In this document: piece after piece, positions 27,585 through 37,147 of the stretch
Position numbering within the stretch: the first letter of the stretch is position 1
How the letters are laid out: each line of letters begins with the position of its first letter
Assembly (NCBI GenBank): GCA_030647265.1
Contig: JAUSJM010000034.1
Span: forward strand, 1 to 58,016
Source of the DNA: a bacterium
GTDB lineage: Bacteria > Patescibacteriota > Microgenomatia > Daviesbacterales > UBA10151
DNA: 58,016 bases
Direction: 5' to 3'
Translations under genes and position numbers: made by a program
The notes under the pieces: generated by a model
Told to the model about the DNA's origin: nothing
Database searches by the model: none
The model's input: the letters and a program-made list of their open reading frames with translations, nothing else

Positions 27585-29996
27585 ATGCCGCCTAATTTTA
27601 TCCGCCATTTTGAAGAGCTGGGAATGAAAGATGTTCCGGAGGCGGGAGGCAAAAATGCCTCCTTGGGAGAAATGATTCGTAACCTTGCTCCCCAAGGGGT
27701 GAAGATCCCCGGAGGGTATGTAGTCACCGCCTTTGCCTACCGCTATTTCCTGGCCCAAACTGGTTTAAAAGATTTTATTAAGCAGACTCTTGAAGGATTA
27801 AAAACTACCAACCTGGACGATTTAAAACTTCGGGCGGAGATTGTCCGGGAGAAGATTAAACACACCGAGTTTCCTGCTGAATTGAGAGAGGCTATTATTT
27901 TTGCCCATCAGGAAGCAGAGAAAAAGTATGGCCCCCATTCCGACTTTGCGGTGCGCTCTTCCGCTACTGCCGAAGATTTACCTGATGCCTCTTTTGCAGG
28001 AGAGCATGAAACATATCTTAATATCAGAGGGGTAGATGCTACTTTAAAAGCTATCAGAAGATGTATGGCCTCTCTTTTTACAGAGAGAGCTATCTCCTAC
28101 CGGGTAGATAAAGGTTTTGATCACTTTGAGATAGCTTTATCGGTAGGGGTAGAAAAGATGGTCCGCTCTGATTTAGGCTGTTCCGGGGTAATGTTTACTT
28201 TGGATACGGAGAGCGGTTTTCCGGGGGTGGTAGTCATTAACGGTTCCTGGGGTTTGGGGGAGTTGATTGTTCAAGGAGAGGTCACTCCGGATGAATTTTT
28301 GGTGTTTAAGGAATCTTTCGGCGGACATAATAAAAAGTGTTTTTATAAACCGATCATTGATAAAAAGTTGGGAGTAAAAAATCAGAAGATGGTTTATTCC
28401 GATAAAAGACCTACCAAGATTATTGCCACCACGGAAAAAGAACGCCAGAGTTTTATTTTAGATGATACGGAGGTAATGATGCTCTCTTTATGGGGGATGA
28501 AGATTGAGGAACACTACTCAAAAAAGATTGGCAGGTGGACACCAATGGATATCGAGTGGGCCAAAGACGGAAGAACAGGGGAGCTATTTATTGTTCAGGC
28601 CCGTCCGGAAACTGTCCACTCTACCCGTGATTTTTCCAAAATTTATGAGTATGTTCGCTTAGAGGATGGGAAGAGGTTGGTTTCAGGCATATCAGTGGGT
28701 ATTAAGATCGCTATCGGGAAAGCTAGGGTAATCTTAGATCCTTCCGGTATCAATAAATTTAAGAAAGGAGAAGTGCTAGTGACCAGGATGACTGATCCGG
28801 ATTGGGAACCGATTATGAAAATGGCCTCGGCTATTATTACTGATCAAGGAGGCAGAACTTCCCATGCGGCGATTGTTTCCCGGGAGCTGGGGATTCCCTG
28901 TGTGGTGGGTAGTATTGAAGGGACTACTAAGATTAAGACGGGAGAGATGGTAACAGTGGATACTTCAGGAAGTGAGGGTTTAGTTTTTGAAGGATTTTTG
29001 AAATTTAAATTAGTTGAACATGATGTTAAAAAACTTCCCCGTACTAAAACCAAGATTATGTTAAATATCGCTACTCCCGATACAGCTTTTGAAAAGTCGT
29101 TTATTCCTTCTGACGGAGTGGGACTGGCCCGGGAAGAGTTTATTATTGCTTCCAATATCGGTATTCATCCCCTGGCAATGGTAAATTTTTCAAAACTTCC
29201 CGAGCCGCTGCAAAAACAAATTAACCGCAAGACTTTAGGCTTTGAGGATAAGGTACAGTTTTATATTGATAAATTGGCCTTTGGTATTGCTAAAATAGCA
29301 GCGGCTTTTTATCCCAAAGAGGTGATTGTCCGTTTTTCAGATTTTAAAACTAACGAGTATCGTACATTACTGGGTGGAGAACTATATGAACCGAAAGAAG
29401 AAAATCCCATGATTGGTTTTAGAGGTGCTTCCCGTTATTATCACCCTGATTTTGCTCCCGCTTTTGCCCTGGAGGTAAAAGCGATTAAAAAAGTAAGGGA
29501 AGAGATGGGACTCACTAACCTTTTAGTAATGGTGCCTTTTTGTCGGACGGTGGAAGAAGGGAAAAAGGTGATAAAAGTTATGGAAGAACATGGTTTGGTA
29601 AGAGATCCTGAGACCAACTCAGGACTACGGGTTTATGTGATGTGTGAGATTCCCGCTAATGTCATTTTAGCTGATGAGTTTTTAGAGGTTTTTGATGGGA
29701 TGAGTATTGGCAGCAACGATCTCACCCAACTGGCTTTAGGCATTGACCGGGATGGAAATGAGAAGATAAAAGGTATCAGCAATGAAAATGATCAAGCTGT
29801 TAAAAAGTTAATTTCTGAAGTAATAAAAGTTTGTAAGTCTAAAGGAAAATATATCGGTATCTGTGGTCAAGCACCTTCCGATTATCCTGAATTTGCCCAA
29901 TTTTTAGTAACTTTAGGAATTGATAGCATATCTTTAAATCCTGACACTGCTATTAAAACGAGACTCCGAATTTACGAACAAGAGCAGAAGAGATGA
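27585..29996 (+). CDS. ppsA: phosphoenolpyruvate synthase (pyruvate, water dikinase)
   Basis: 803 aa with GGKNASLGEM and the swivel His region GGRTSHAAIVSRELGIPCVVG. The C-terminus is a PEP-utilising barrel (GSNDLTQ). Confidence 0.9.
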   Translation: MPPNFIRHFEELGMKDVPEAGGKNASLGEMIRNLAPQGVKIPGGYVVTAFAYRYFLAQTGLKDFIKQTLEGLKTTNLDDLKLRAEIVREKIKHTEFPAELREAIIFAHQEAEKKYGPHSDFAVRSSATAEDLPDASFAGEHETYLNIRGVDATLKAIRRCMASLFTERAISYRVDKGFDHFEIALSVGVEKMVRSDLGCSGVMFTLDTESGFPGVVVINGSWGLGELIVQGEVTPDEFLVFKESFGGHNKKCFYKPIIDKKLGVKNQKMVYSDKRPTKIIATTEKERQSFILDDTEVMMLSLWGMKIEEHYSKKIGRWTPMDIEWAKDGRTGELFIVQARPETVHSTRDFSKIYEYVRLEDGKRLVSGISVGIKIAIGKARVILDPSGINKFKKGEVLVTRMTDPDWEPIMKMASAIITDQGGRTSHAAIVSRELGIPCVVGSIEGTTKIKTGEMVTVDTSGSEGLVFEGFLKFKLVEHDVKKLPRTKTKIMLNIATPDTAFEKSFIPSDGVGLAREEFIIASNIGIHPLAMVNFSKLPEPLQKQINRKTLGFEDKVQFYIDKLAFGIAKIAAAFYPKEVIVRFSDFKTNEYRTLLGGELYEPKEENPMIGFRGASRYYHPDFAPAFALEVKAIKKVREEMGLTNLLVMVPFCRTVEEGKKVIKVMEEHGLVRDPETNSGLRVYVMCEIPANVILADEFLEVFDGMSIGSNDLTQLALGIDRDGNEKIKGISNENDQAVKKLISEVIKVCKSKGKYIGICGQAPSDYPEFAQFLVTLGIDSISLNPDTAIKTRLRIYEQEQKR

Positions 29997-31192
29997 AGAT
30001 TTCCGATATTAACCTTCGTATTATTTCTGATTCCCGAGGTGAGGATACTTTGGAAGCAGAGATGTTTTCCGGGGAGGAAAAGGTAGTAACTTCTGTTCCT
30101 TCTGGTAAAAGTAAGGGCAGTGGTGAAGCTGTAGTCTTACCTCCTCATCTGGTTCTTCATAAACTCGAGTGGATCAAATCAAGGGTTTGTAACAGGGAAT
30201 TTTCCACACTTGGGGAGTTTGATGATCTTCTTTTAACTTTGGATGGGACTGCCGATAAATCCAGTTTAGGGGGAAATTTAATGTTGGTTTTAAGTATGGC
30301 CTTTACCAAGCTTTTGGCTAAAAAGGGAAGGCTAGAAACTTTTGAGCTGATAGCCAAGCTTTCCAGAACAACTTTAGGAAAATTTCCCCTTTGTTTTTAT
30401 AACTTGATAGAAGGTGGGGTTCATGTCCCTTCGACTTCGCTCAGGGCAAGTTTGCCCTTTCAAGAATACCTCTATATTCCTCAAACCAACTCTCCCAAAG
30501 AGAGTTTAGAGATGGTGCAAAAGGTTATTAAATTGTTGGGAGAAAAAATTCATACTAGGCATGGGAAACAGGAGATGGGAGACGAAGGAGGATATGCTCT
30601 GTCAGGAGAAGACTCTTTATTAGGTCTGATGTTACTTGAGGAAACACAGGAAGAGCTGGGAATGAAGCATAAAATAGGTTTAGATATAGCTGCTTCTACT
30701 TTTTTTTCACAGGGTAAGTATAAGATGGAAGGAAAGATGGTAGATAATAACTATCTGGGGGAGTTGTATCAAGGGATAGTTGAAGATTTTCCACTATTTT
30801 CTATAGAAGATCCTTTTGCTGAAGAGGATTGGCAGGGGTTTGAAGAAATTACTAAAAAGCTAGGAGATAAAATTTGGATTGTGGGTGATGATTTAACTAC
30901 CACAAATCCTAGGAGAATTAGAGAAGCTTATGAGAAACAAGCTATTAATGCTGTCATTGTTAAACCTACTCAAATAGGAACTGTCTCAGAAACAATTCAG
31001 GCAGCACTTTTAGCTAAAAGCTATGGTTGGAAAATCATTGTTTCTCACCGTGGCAGAGAAACAATGGATACCTTTATTGCTGATTTGGCAGTAGGACTAG
31101 GGGCAGACGGTTTTAAATCAGGCTCTCCTACTCAAAAGACAAGACTGGTAAAATATCAGAGGTTAGTAGAAATAGAAAGGAGTTTAAAATAA
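29993..31192 (+). CDS. eno: divergent enolase
   Basis: 399 aa with SDSRGEDTLE, GDEGGYA, IEDPFAEEDW..VGDDLTTTN and SHRGRETMDTFIADLAV...KSGSP..TRLVKYQRLVEIE. ATGA overlap with ppsA. Confidence 0.75.
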   Translation: MKISDINLRIISDSRGEDTLEAEMFSGEEKVVTSVPSGKSKGSGEAVVLPPHLVLHKLEWIKSRVCNREFSTLGEFDDLLLTLDGTADKSSLGGNLMLVLSMAFTKLLAKKGRLETFELIAKLSRTTLGKFPLCFYNLIEGGVHVPSTSLRASLPFQEYLYIPQTNSPKESLEMVQKVIKLLGEKIHTRHGKQEMGDEGGYALSGEDSLLGLMLLEETQEELGMKHKIGLDIAASTFFSQGKYKMEGKMVDNNYLGELYQGIVEDFPLFSIEDPFAEEDWQGFEEITKKLGDKIWIVGDDLTTTNPRRIREAYEKQAINAVIVKPTQIGTVSETIQAALLAKSYGWKIIVSHRGRETMDTFIADLAVGLGADGFKSGSPTQKTRLVKYQRLVEIERSLK

Positions 31193-31827
31193 TGGCTTAT
31201 TTGGCTTTAGTAAGACATGGGGAATCAGCTTGGAATGCCCAAGGAATTTGGACCGGGATTACTAATGTGGAGTTGGATGAGGAGGGCAAAGAAAATTCCC
31301 GGAAGGTTGGTGAAGTTTTAAAGGGGATGGATTTTACTGTAGCCTTTACATCCAAGCTTAGAAGAGCAGAAGAAACTTTAACAGAGATCTTAAAAGTTTT
31401 AGGAAAAACTGATTTGCCTATTATAGAAGATGCTGCTTTAAATGAAAGGGATTACGGATCTTTAACCGGAAAAAATAAATGGGAAGTAGAAAAAGAGTAT
31501 GGGGAGGAACAATTTGAGAGTTGGAGAAGAGGCTGGGATGAACCGGTACCGGGAGGAGAAACTTTAAAGGATGTTTATGGGAGGGTAGTTCCTTTTTATA
31601 AAAATCAAATTCTTCTGGAACTTTTGGCAGGGAAAAATGTTTTAGTGGTAGCCCATGGTAACTCTTTAAGGGCTTTAATTAAATATCTGGATGATATTTC
31701 TGATGAAGGGGTGACTCATTTAGAAGTTCACCCTGATGAGATCTTTATTTATGAAATAGATAAAAATGGAAAAATTATAAAAAAAGAGATAAAAAAAGTA
31801 GATCTAATGGAATCCTCCAAGTATTAA
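31192..31827 (+). CDS. gpmA: 2,3-bisphosphoglycerate-dependent phosphoglycerate mutase
   Basis: 211 aa with LVRHGESAWN and HGNSLRAL. TAATG overlap with eno. Confidence 0.85.
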   Translation: MAYLALVRHGESAWNAQGIWTGITNVELDEEGKENSRKVGEVLKGMDFTVAFTSKLRRAEETLTEILKVLGKTDLPIIEDAALNERDYGSLTGKNKWEVEKEYGEEQFESWRRGWDEPVPGGETLKDVYGRVVPFYKNQILLELLAGKNVLVVAHGNSLRALIKYLDDISDEGVTHLEVHPDEIFIYEIDKNGKIIKKEIKKVDLMESSKY

Positions 31828-31831
31828 CTTC

Positions 31832-33838
31832 CTAAGCTGCTAATTGGTATGTAAAAAGAGGAGATAGTTGCCCATGATTAGCAGTTTCACCTTGTTCCCC
31901 AGAAGGAACAAACCATCCTTGAGGTCCTTGGTATGGATGAGTGTGAGTAAAATGGTTTGTAACTTTAGCGAGATCTTCTCTTGTAATATTGTAATTAATA
32001 TCAACAGAATGAGTTGACGAGATGGTTACTAAGTTATTTTTCAGCCATTCCTCTATGTTAGTAATGCCCCAATGAGGATCTTGGGCCAGATCGTTTCTAA
32101 TAAAGTTTTCCACATCTTCCCTTAAATCTTCTCTTACTACTACAAGGAACGGTTCTTGAGTTAAATTGACAGCAAAACCAGGGGTTTGGGGATTGTTATG
32201 AGAGTATTTTTTATCAAACAAGTGCCATCCATCTTGACTCATAAATTGAGATTGGGTAAATAAAGAACCTTTATTAAATGCCAAAGTAACACCTTGAAAA
32301 TACATATAAGGACTATTTTCTGAAAAACATACTTGATGAGCTTCTTGATCAGGAGGCTTCTTATATATAGCTTTAGCTATCTTTTCATATTCGCTCTTGC
32401 TAACCCTTTTTGTGTGTCCCCATGCATCTGTCATAATTACGTAATCCTTGCCCACCTTTACTAAACCGCTGCTAAAAACCGCTTCTCCATAATTATCTAT
32501 CTGGTATTGCTTAGAAGCCAAGACCTTTCTTCTTAGAATAGATTTAATAACGTCAATTGGTCCTGAATGAAAAAGAAGATCTTGAGAAGTAGCTAACTCA
32601 GTATCTAATTTTTCTTGATTGGTGCCAATGATATCGATGCTCGCCATTTTTTGAACTGCTGCTGAAAGCCAGGAATGTTGACCTTGCGGATTTAATTCTC
32701 GGATCTTTTCTGCTAACTTTGCAGCTAAGTCAAGATATTCCTGAGATAGAGACGCGCCTTGTAAAACATCTGCTGGCTCTCCAGGGTTTTTTATAGGTAG
32801 ACTACTTTCTGAAATATTATCAGCTAGTTTGCAGACTCTATCTGTCACTAGATCTCGATATTGTTTAATATGGTTCATATAACCATCGACAGTGCCTAAG
32901 AATCTCCGATTGCTATCTTCATGTAGATGTTGGGTAATTTCTACTTCTCTAATCCAATTCTCTCCATCTAGATAACCTGTCATAAAGGAGGAGGGATGTG
33001 TTGGAGTTAATGATGCTTTATAAGTTTTAAACCATTCTTGGCATTTTGATAAATAGTAAGTATATGAAGCGCTTTGTCTAGCAAGTCCTTTCGAGGTGTC
33101 AAAAAAAGAGGATAAGGCATTTGCTACTATTGTTGCTCGTTCAGCTTCTGGTGCACTTAAAGCCTCATGCAGTACCTGCATTCCAGAAACACTATAATTT
33201 GGTTTAAAACTGGGATCCCTAAAACCGAGATTAAGAAGATCACCAACCCTTTCACTAAGTAACTGATTCATCCTTGCCATAAACACCTCTTTTCCCTGCA
33301 AGTAATCCTTGGAGGGTACTAAAGTTTTAACTCTTTTAACTAAACCCCTAATTCCTGGTGCATGACCAAACTTCTGGACTTCTTCTTCTGTGAACCTTCC
33401 TTCCGTATATGGAGTTTGAGTGAATGGATTAGGGGTATTTCTCAATTCAGGGGCGTCTTGACCTTTAGTAAGTTTATTATAAGCCTTTTGTAGAAGCCTA
33501 ACCTCTCTTTTTACAACCTCAACTAGTTTATCTTGTTTTTCCTTATCTTCAGGACTTACATTCTCAGCTAGTCGGTGAACCTCGTCTTTGTCTACTTGTT
33601 TGTTCTGAGCTGAAGCAGTAACTTTTATCACACCATCAACGATAGTCTCAATTACTTGGCCGTTTGCTCTTGCAGCTTTGTAGGTGTCTTTAATTACATA
33701 TCTTGATTTTTCAGGGAATTGATCTATCTGAGGTCGTTGAGAGTGTCCGACTATTTCTTTATTTTCCTGCTTCCTGTCGACTTCTCGATTTTTCTGGCCA
33801 TCAGTATGATCTTCCCCGGCGTCAGTAAACTCTTGCAT
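31832..33838 (-). CDS. large orphan protein (668 aa), no recognisable domain, no signal peptide or TM
   Basis: Long uninterrupted ORF convergent with gpmA (4-nt gap) and 59 nt downstream of the ldhA-like gene. No motif I can assign. Confidence 0.6.
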   Translation of the reverse strand: MQEFTDAGEDHTDGQKNREVDRKQENKEIVGHSQRPQIDQFPEKSRYVIKDTYKAARANGQVIETIVDGVIKVTASAQNKQVDKDEVHRLAENVSPEDKEKQDKLVEVVKREVRLLQKAYNKLTKGQDAPELRNTPNPFTQTPYTEGRFTEEEVQKFGHAPGIRGLVKRVKTLVPSKDYLQGKEVFMARMNQLLSERVGDLLNLGFRDPSFKPNYSVSGMQVLHEALSAPEAERATIVANALSSFFDTSKGLARQSASYTYYLSKCQEWFKTYKASLTPTHPSSFMTGYLDGENWIREVEITQHLHEDSNRRFLGTVDGYMNHIKQYRDLVTDRVCKLADNISESSLPIKNPGEPADVLQGASLSQEYLDLAAKLAEKIRELNPQGQHSWLSAAVQKMASIDIIGTNQEKLDTELATSQDLLFHSGPIDVIKSILRRKVLASKQYQIDNYGEAVFSSGLVKVGKDYVIMTDAWGHTKRVSKSEYEKIAKAIYKKPPDQEAHQVCFSENSPYMYFQGVTLAFNKGSLFTQSQFMSQDGWHLFDKKYSHNNPQTPGFAVNLTQEPFLVVVREDLREDVENFIRNDLAQDPHWGITNIEEWLKNNLVTISSTHSVDINYNITREDLAKVTNHFTHTHPYQGPQGWFVPSGEQGETANHGQLSPLFTYQLAA

Positions 33839-33897
33839 GACTTTAATATAACATTTCTGGATTAAAGAGTGGCTTTATCTCAACGAAGAGTTGAAGA

Positions 33898-34917
33898 TTA
33901 ATCTTTATTGACAATATTCTCAGGTTTTCCTTCTAGGAAGGAGTTAATATTTTTAACAGTAGTCTCCATGATGGAAAACTCTGCTTCCTTGGTATAAAAG
34001 GCCATGTGGGGGGTAATCAGTACTTGAGGTTGATTAATTAAGATATGGGTTTCTAAAACATTCTTTAAATCTTTTGACTTTAATTTCTTTTTAGATAATA
34101 ACTCTGCTTCTTCTTTTAACTCCCCCTCCTCCTCTAAAACATCCAGGGCTGCCCCAGCTAAATGTTCCTGGGTTAAGGCTTGGAAAAGAGCTTCAGTTTC
34201 TACTACAGCTCCCCGGGCAGTGTTAATAAGTAGACTGCCTTTTTTCATCAAGAAGATATTATCCCGATTAATCAGATGATGGGTCTCTTTCATGTAAGGC
34301 ACATGAAGAGTAACAATGTCAGCAGTTTTTAACAATTCCTCCAAAGAAACATAAGAAAAACTTAAGGTTTTAGAAAGCTCTTCATTGGGGTAAGCATCAC
34401 AAGCTACAACATTCATCTGGAAGCCTTGAGCTATCTTAATAACATTAGCCCCAATCTTGCCTGTCCCTACTACTCCTAAAGTCTTGCCGTTTAAATCAAA
34501 ACCCCGAAGGCCTTCAAAATCAAAATCACAACCGACCTTTAACCTGTTAATTCCCTGATAAATTTTTCGGGAGAGATTCAAGATTAAACCAAAGGCAAAT
34601 TCAGCCACAGTGTGGGAACCATAAGCTGGAACGTTAGCCACTGGAATTTTTTTATCTTTGGCAGCTTTAAGGTCAATGTTATCAAAACCGGTAGATCTGG
34701 CAACAATAAGTTTTAGATTAGGGAAGTGGTTGATAACTTTGGGGGTGACAGCGCAATCTACAAAAACTGAGATAACATCAAAATCTGATTTTTCCGGTAA
34801 AGAGTCTTCGGTGATGGGTTCCGGGAAAAAAGTCAGCTCATGATCAGCAAGACCTTTAGAAAAGTAGCTTTCCTTTTCTGCTTCCTCTACCCCGAAAAAG
34901 GCAATTTTCATATTCAT
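33898..34917 (-). CDS. D-isomer-specific 2-hydroxyacid dehydrogenase (D-lactate dehydrogenase-like)
   Basis: GVVGTGKIGANV Rossmann motif and ...TPHMAFYT. I prefer the MNMKIAFFG start (34917) over the track's 34956. Confidence 0.8.
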   Translation of the reverse strand: MNMKIAFFGVEEAEKESYFSKGLADHELTFFPEPITEDSLPEKSDFDVISVFVDCAVTPKVINHFPNLKLIVARSTGFDNIDLKAAKDKKIPVANVPAYGSHTVAEFAFGLILNLSRKIYQGINRLKVGCDFDFEGLRGFDLNGKTLGVVGTGKIGANVIKIAQGFQMNVVACDAYPNEELSKTLSFSYVSLEELLKTADIVTLHVPYMKETHHLINRDNIFLMKKGSLLINTARGAVVETEALFQALTQEHLAGAALDVLEEEGELKEEAELLSKKKLKSKDLKNVLETHILINQPQVLITPHMAFYTKEAEFSIMETTVKNINSFLEGKPENIVNKD

Positions 34918-34989
34918 ATTAATTCCATTATGCCCTAATTGTTTAGTAATAGGCAAGATGGTTTGAAAATTAATTTAAGGAACAGTAGA

Positions 34990-35573
34990 ATGGGGGAGAT
35001 GAAAAAGGAAGAACTTACTATTACGCCGGAGAAGGTAGCAGAGATTGTAGCTCAGGCTTCATATGATCTTTGGAAGGATGAAGAATTTAGGAAGATGGTA
35101 AATTTTGAAACTCTCTCCCAAACAGAACAGGATAGAATTTTTAATGAGCTGGAGGTAACCCTTTTGGGGCTGGTATTTTTACAAGCAGAACAACAACCAC
35201 TACTTTTGGATACCCAGAAAAAAGTGATAGATGCTTTTTAAAAATTTTAGAAAATTTAAATGTAGAAGAAAAATTTATAAAAGAATGGAAATTACTAATC
35301 AAACTTCGTTTGAAAGAATATAAAGGTGATTTTTTAATAGCTTTAAAAGAAGCAAAATCTTGGAAAGATTTAAATGATGGTCAAGAGATAAAAGTGATTT
35401 GGGCGAGAGTGGAAACTTTGACTATCGATTCCCTAAGACATATCAGAGGAGGAAAAATAGAAAAGGATGATCCCCTGTGGGTATACCTTAGAAAATGGTT
35501 AACCCTGATGGAGGTAGTCTCTACCAAAGCTTTACAACAATCCCTAAGTAAAATCAAAGTAGGAGTCTGCTAA
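34990..35573 (+). pseudogene. hypothetical gene split by a frameshift at a T5A5 run (track ORFs 34939-35241 and 35310-35573)
   Basis: Frame 1 ends ...KKVIDAF* at 35241. The frame starting at 35238 reads LKILENLNVEEKFIKEWKLLIKLRLKEYKGDF... straight into the second ORF. Confidence 0.5.
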
Positions 35574-35620
35574 ATATATCTTGCCAATTCCTAAACTTAA
35601 GATAGAATATATCTATCTTT

Positions 35621-36526
35621 ATGAAGAAAATTGTAGTGCCCCAGAACATGTCTTTTTACCCAGATCAAATTGAGAGATTAAAGTCCTTAGGAGAAACAAC
35701 CATTTATAATGATATGCCGACCCCGGAGGAATGGTTTGAGCGTTGTAAAGATGCTGACATAATCTGTACAGGTGAGGTAGGTATGGAAACAAGAGGTTAT
35801 GAATTAAGAAACAAATACTTTTCTCTTCCCATGGTGGGAACAGGGTGGTTAGATTTGCCGAGACTTAAGGAAGGTGGGAACTCTCTTTCCAATAGTCCTG
35901 GATGTAACAAAGAGGCTGTTTCAGAATGGATTATAGGCATGATGATTTATATGCTCAGACAATTTGACAGGCTTATCGGGGTAACCAATAAGAGTAAGCA
36001 AGAAGTATTTAAAAGATCTCCAGGTTTAGCAGGTAAAAATGTGACTGTTTTAGGGAAAGGAAATATTGGTTCTAGGGTTGGAGAAATATGTAAAGTTATG
36101 GGGATGGATGTTACCTATTTTCAAAGAGGTGATGATTTATTGGAAAAGACTAAAGATGCTGATGTAGTAGTAAGTTGCCTTAAGGTAGAGCCTTCTACAA
36201 AAAACTTACTTGATAAAAAATTCTTCAATTCACTAAAAAAGGGATCATATTTTATAATTATTACTGCTTCTTCAATTTATGATATTGATGCAATGTTTGA
36301 GGCTTTAGATAAGGAAATATTAGCAGGGGTGGCAGATGATTCAGCTGGAATGCCTGTAGCAGAGGCGGATAATCCCTACTATTTAAAATTAATAAGTCAC
36401 CCTAAAGTTGTAGCAACTCCTCATATTGCTTTTAACACTGATGCTACATCCAGAAAAGCTAATGATATTATGATAGACAATGTCGGAAACTGGATTAAAG
36501 GTAAGCCTTCAAATATTGTTATTTAA
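35621..36526 (+). CDS. 2-hydroxyacid dehydrogenase family protein (second paralog)
   Basis: 301 aa with the GKNVTVLGKGNIGSRVG NAD motif and ATPHIAFNT. Confidence 0.6.
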   Translation: MKKIVVPQNMSFYPDQIERLKSLGETTIYNDMPTPEEWFERCKDADIICTGEVGMETRGYELRNKYFSLPMVGTGWLDLPRLKEGGNSLSNSPGCNKEAVSEWIIGMMIYMLRQFDRLIGVTNKSKQEVFKRSPGLAGKNVTVLGKGNIGSRVGEICKVMGMDVTYFQRGDDLLEKTKDADVVVSCLKVEPSTKNLLDKKFFNSLKKGSYFIIITASSIYDIDAMFEALDKEILAGVADDSAGMPVAEADNPYYLKLISHPKVVATPHIAFNTDATSRKANDIMIDNVGNWIKGKPSNIVI

Positions 36527-36636
36527 AAATTTTTATTAAAAATCAGGTGTTTTTAGGAACGCCACATCGGATGTGGCAAGTGTAGAAAATTAAAAATTAC
36601 AAAATCATTACACAGGTGATGTATAATATGGTTATT

Positions 36637-36876
36637 ATGAAACAGAAGGTTCTTCAATATGATGCTGTTTTTGAAAAAGAAGAGGATGGAGGTTATTCTG
36701 TTTGGGTACCTGATCTACCCGGGTGTTGTTCCCAAGGGGATAGTCTGGAAGAATCAATAGAAAATATCAAGGAGGCTATTGAACTGTATTTGGAGGATGC
36801 TGATCAGGAACAGCTGGAGCAAGGCAGTTCCCATAAAGACCGGTATTTTATCCCCGTTGAAGTGGCCAGTCCGTAA
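36637..36876 (+). CDS. hicB: HicB-family antitoxin
   Basis: YDAVFEKEEDGGYSVWVPDLPGCCSQGDSLEESIENIKEAIELYLED is the UPF0150/HicB N-terminal fold. I prefer ATG 36637; the track starts at GTG 36616. Confidence 0.75.
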   Translation: MKQKVLQYDAVFEKEEDGGYSVWVPDLPGCCSQGDSLEESIENIKEAIELYLEDADQEQLEQGSSHKDRYFIPVEVASP

Positions 36877-36885
36877 ACGTAAGAC

Positions 36886-37119
36886 ATGTCTAATGTCCCT
36901 CAAGTCAGCGGTCAAGAATTAATTAAAGCTCTAGTAAAAATCGGATTCTCTGTGGTTCGTCAGAAGGGAAGCCATACTAGACTGGTCAAAATAAAAGAAA
37001 ATGGCTTCAAGCAACTAGTTACAGTACCTAATCATAAAATCATACGTAAAGGAACTTTACTGAACGGAGTTTTAAAAGCAATTAATCTACCATTGGAAGA
37101 TTTTAAAAAGCTACTTTAA
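36886..37119 (+). CDS. hicA: HicA-family mRNA interferase toxin
   Basis: 77 aa with VSGQELIKALVKIGFSVVRQKGSHTRL. Confidence 0.8.
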   Translation: MSNVPQVSGQELIKALVKIGFSVVRQKGSHTRLVKIKENGFKQLVTVPNHKIIRKGTLLNGVLKAINLPLEDFKKLL

Positions 37120-37147
37120 TAATAGACGTTTTTAATTTCTTAACTAA

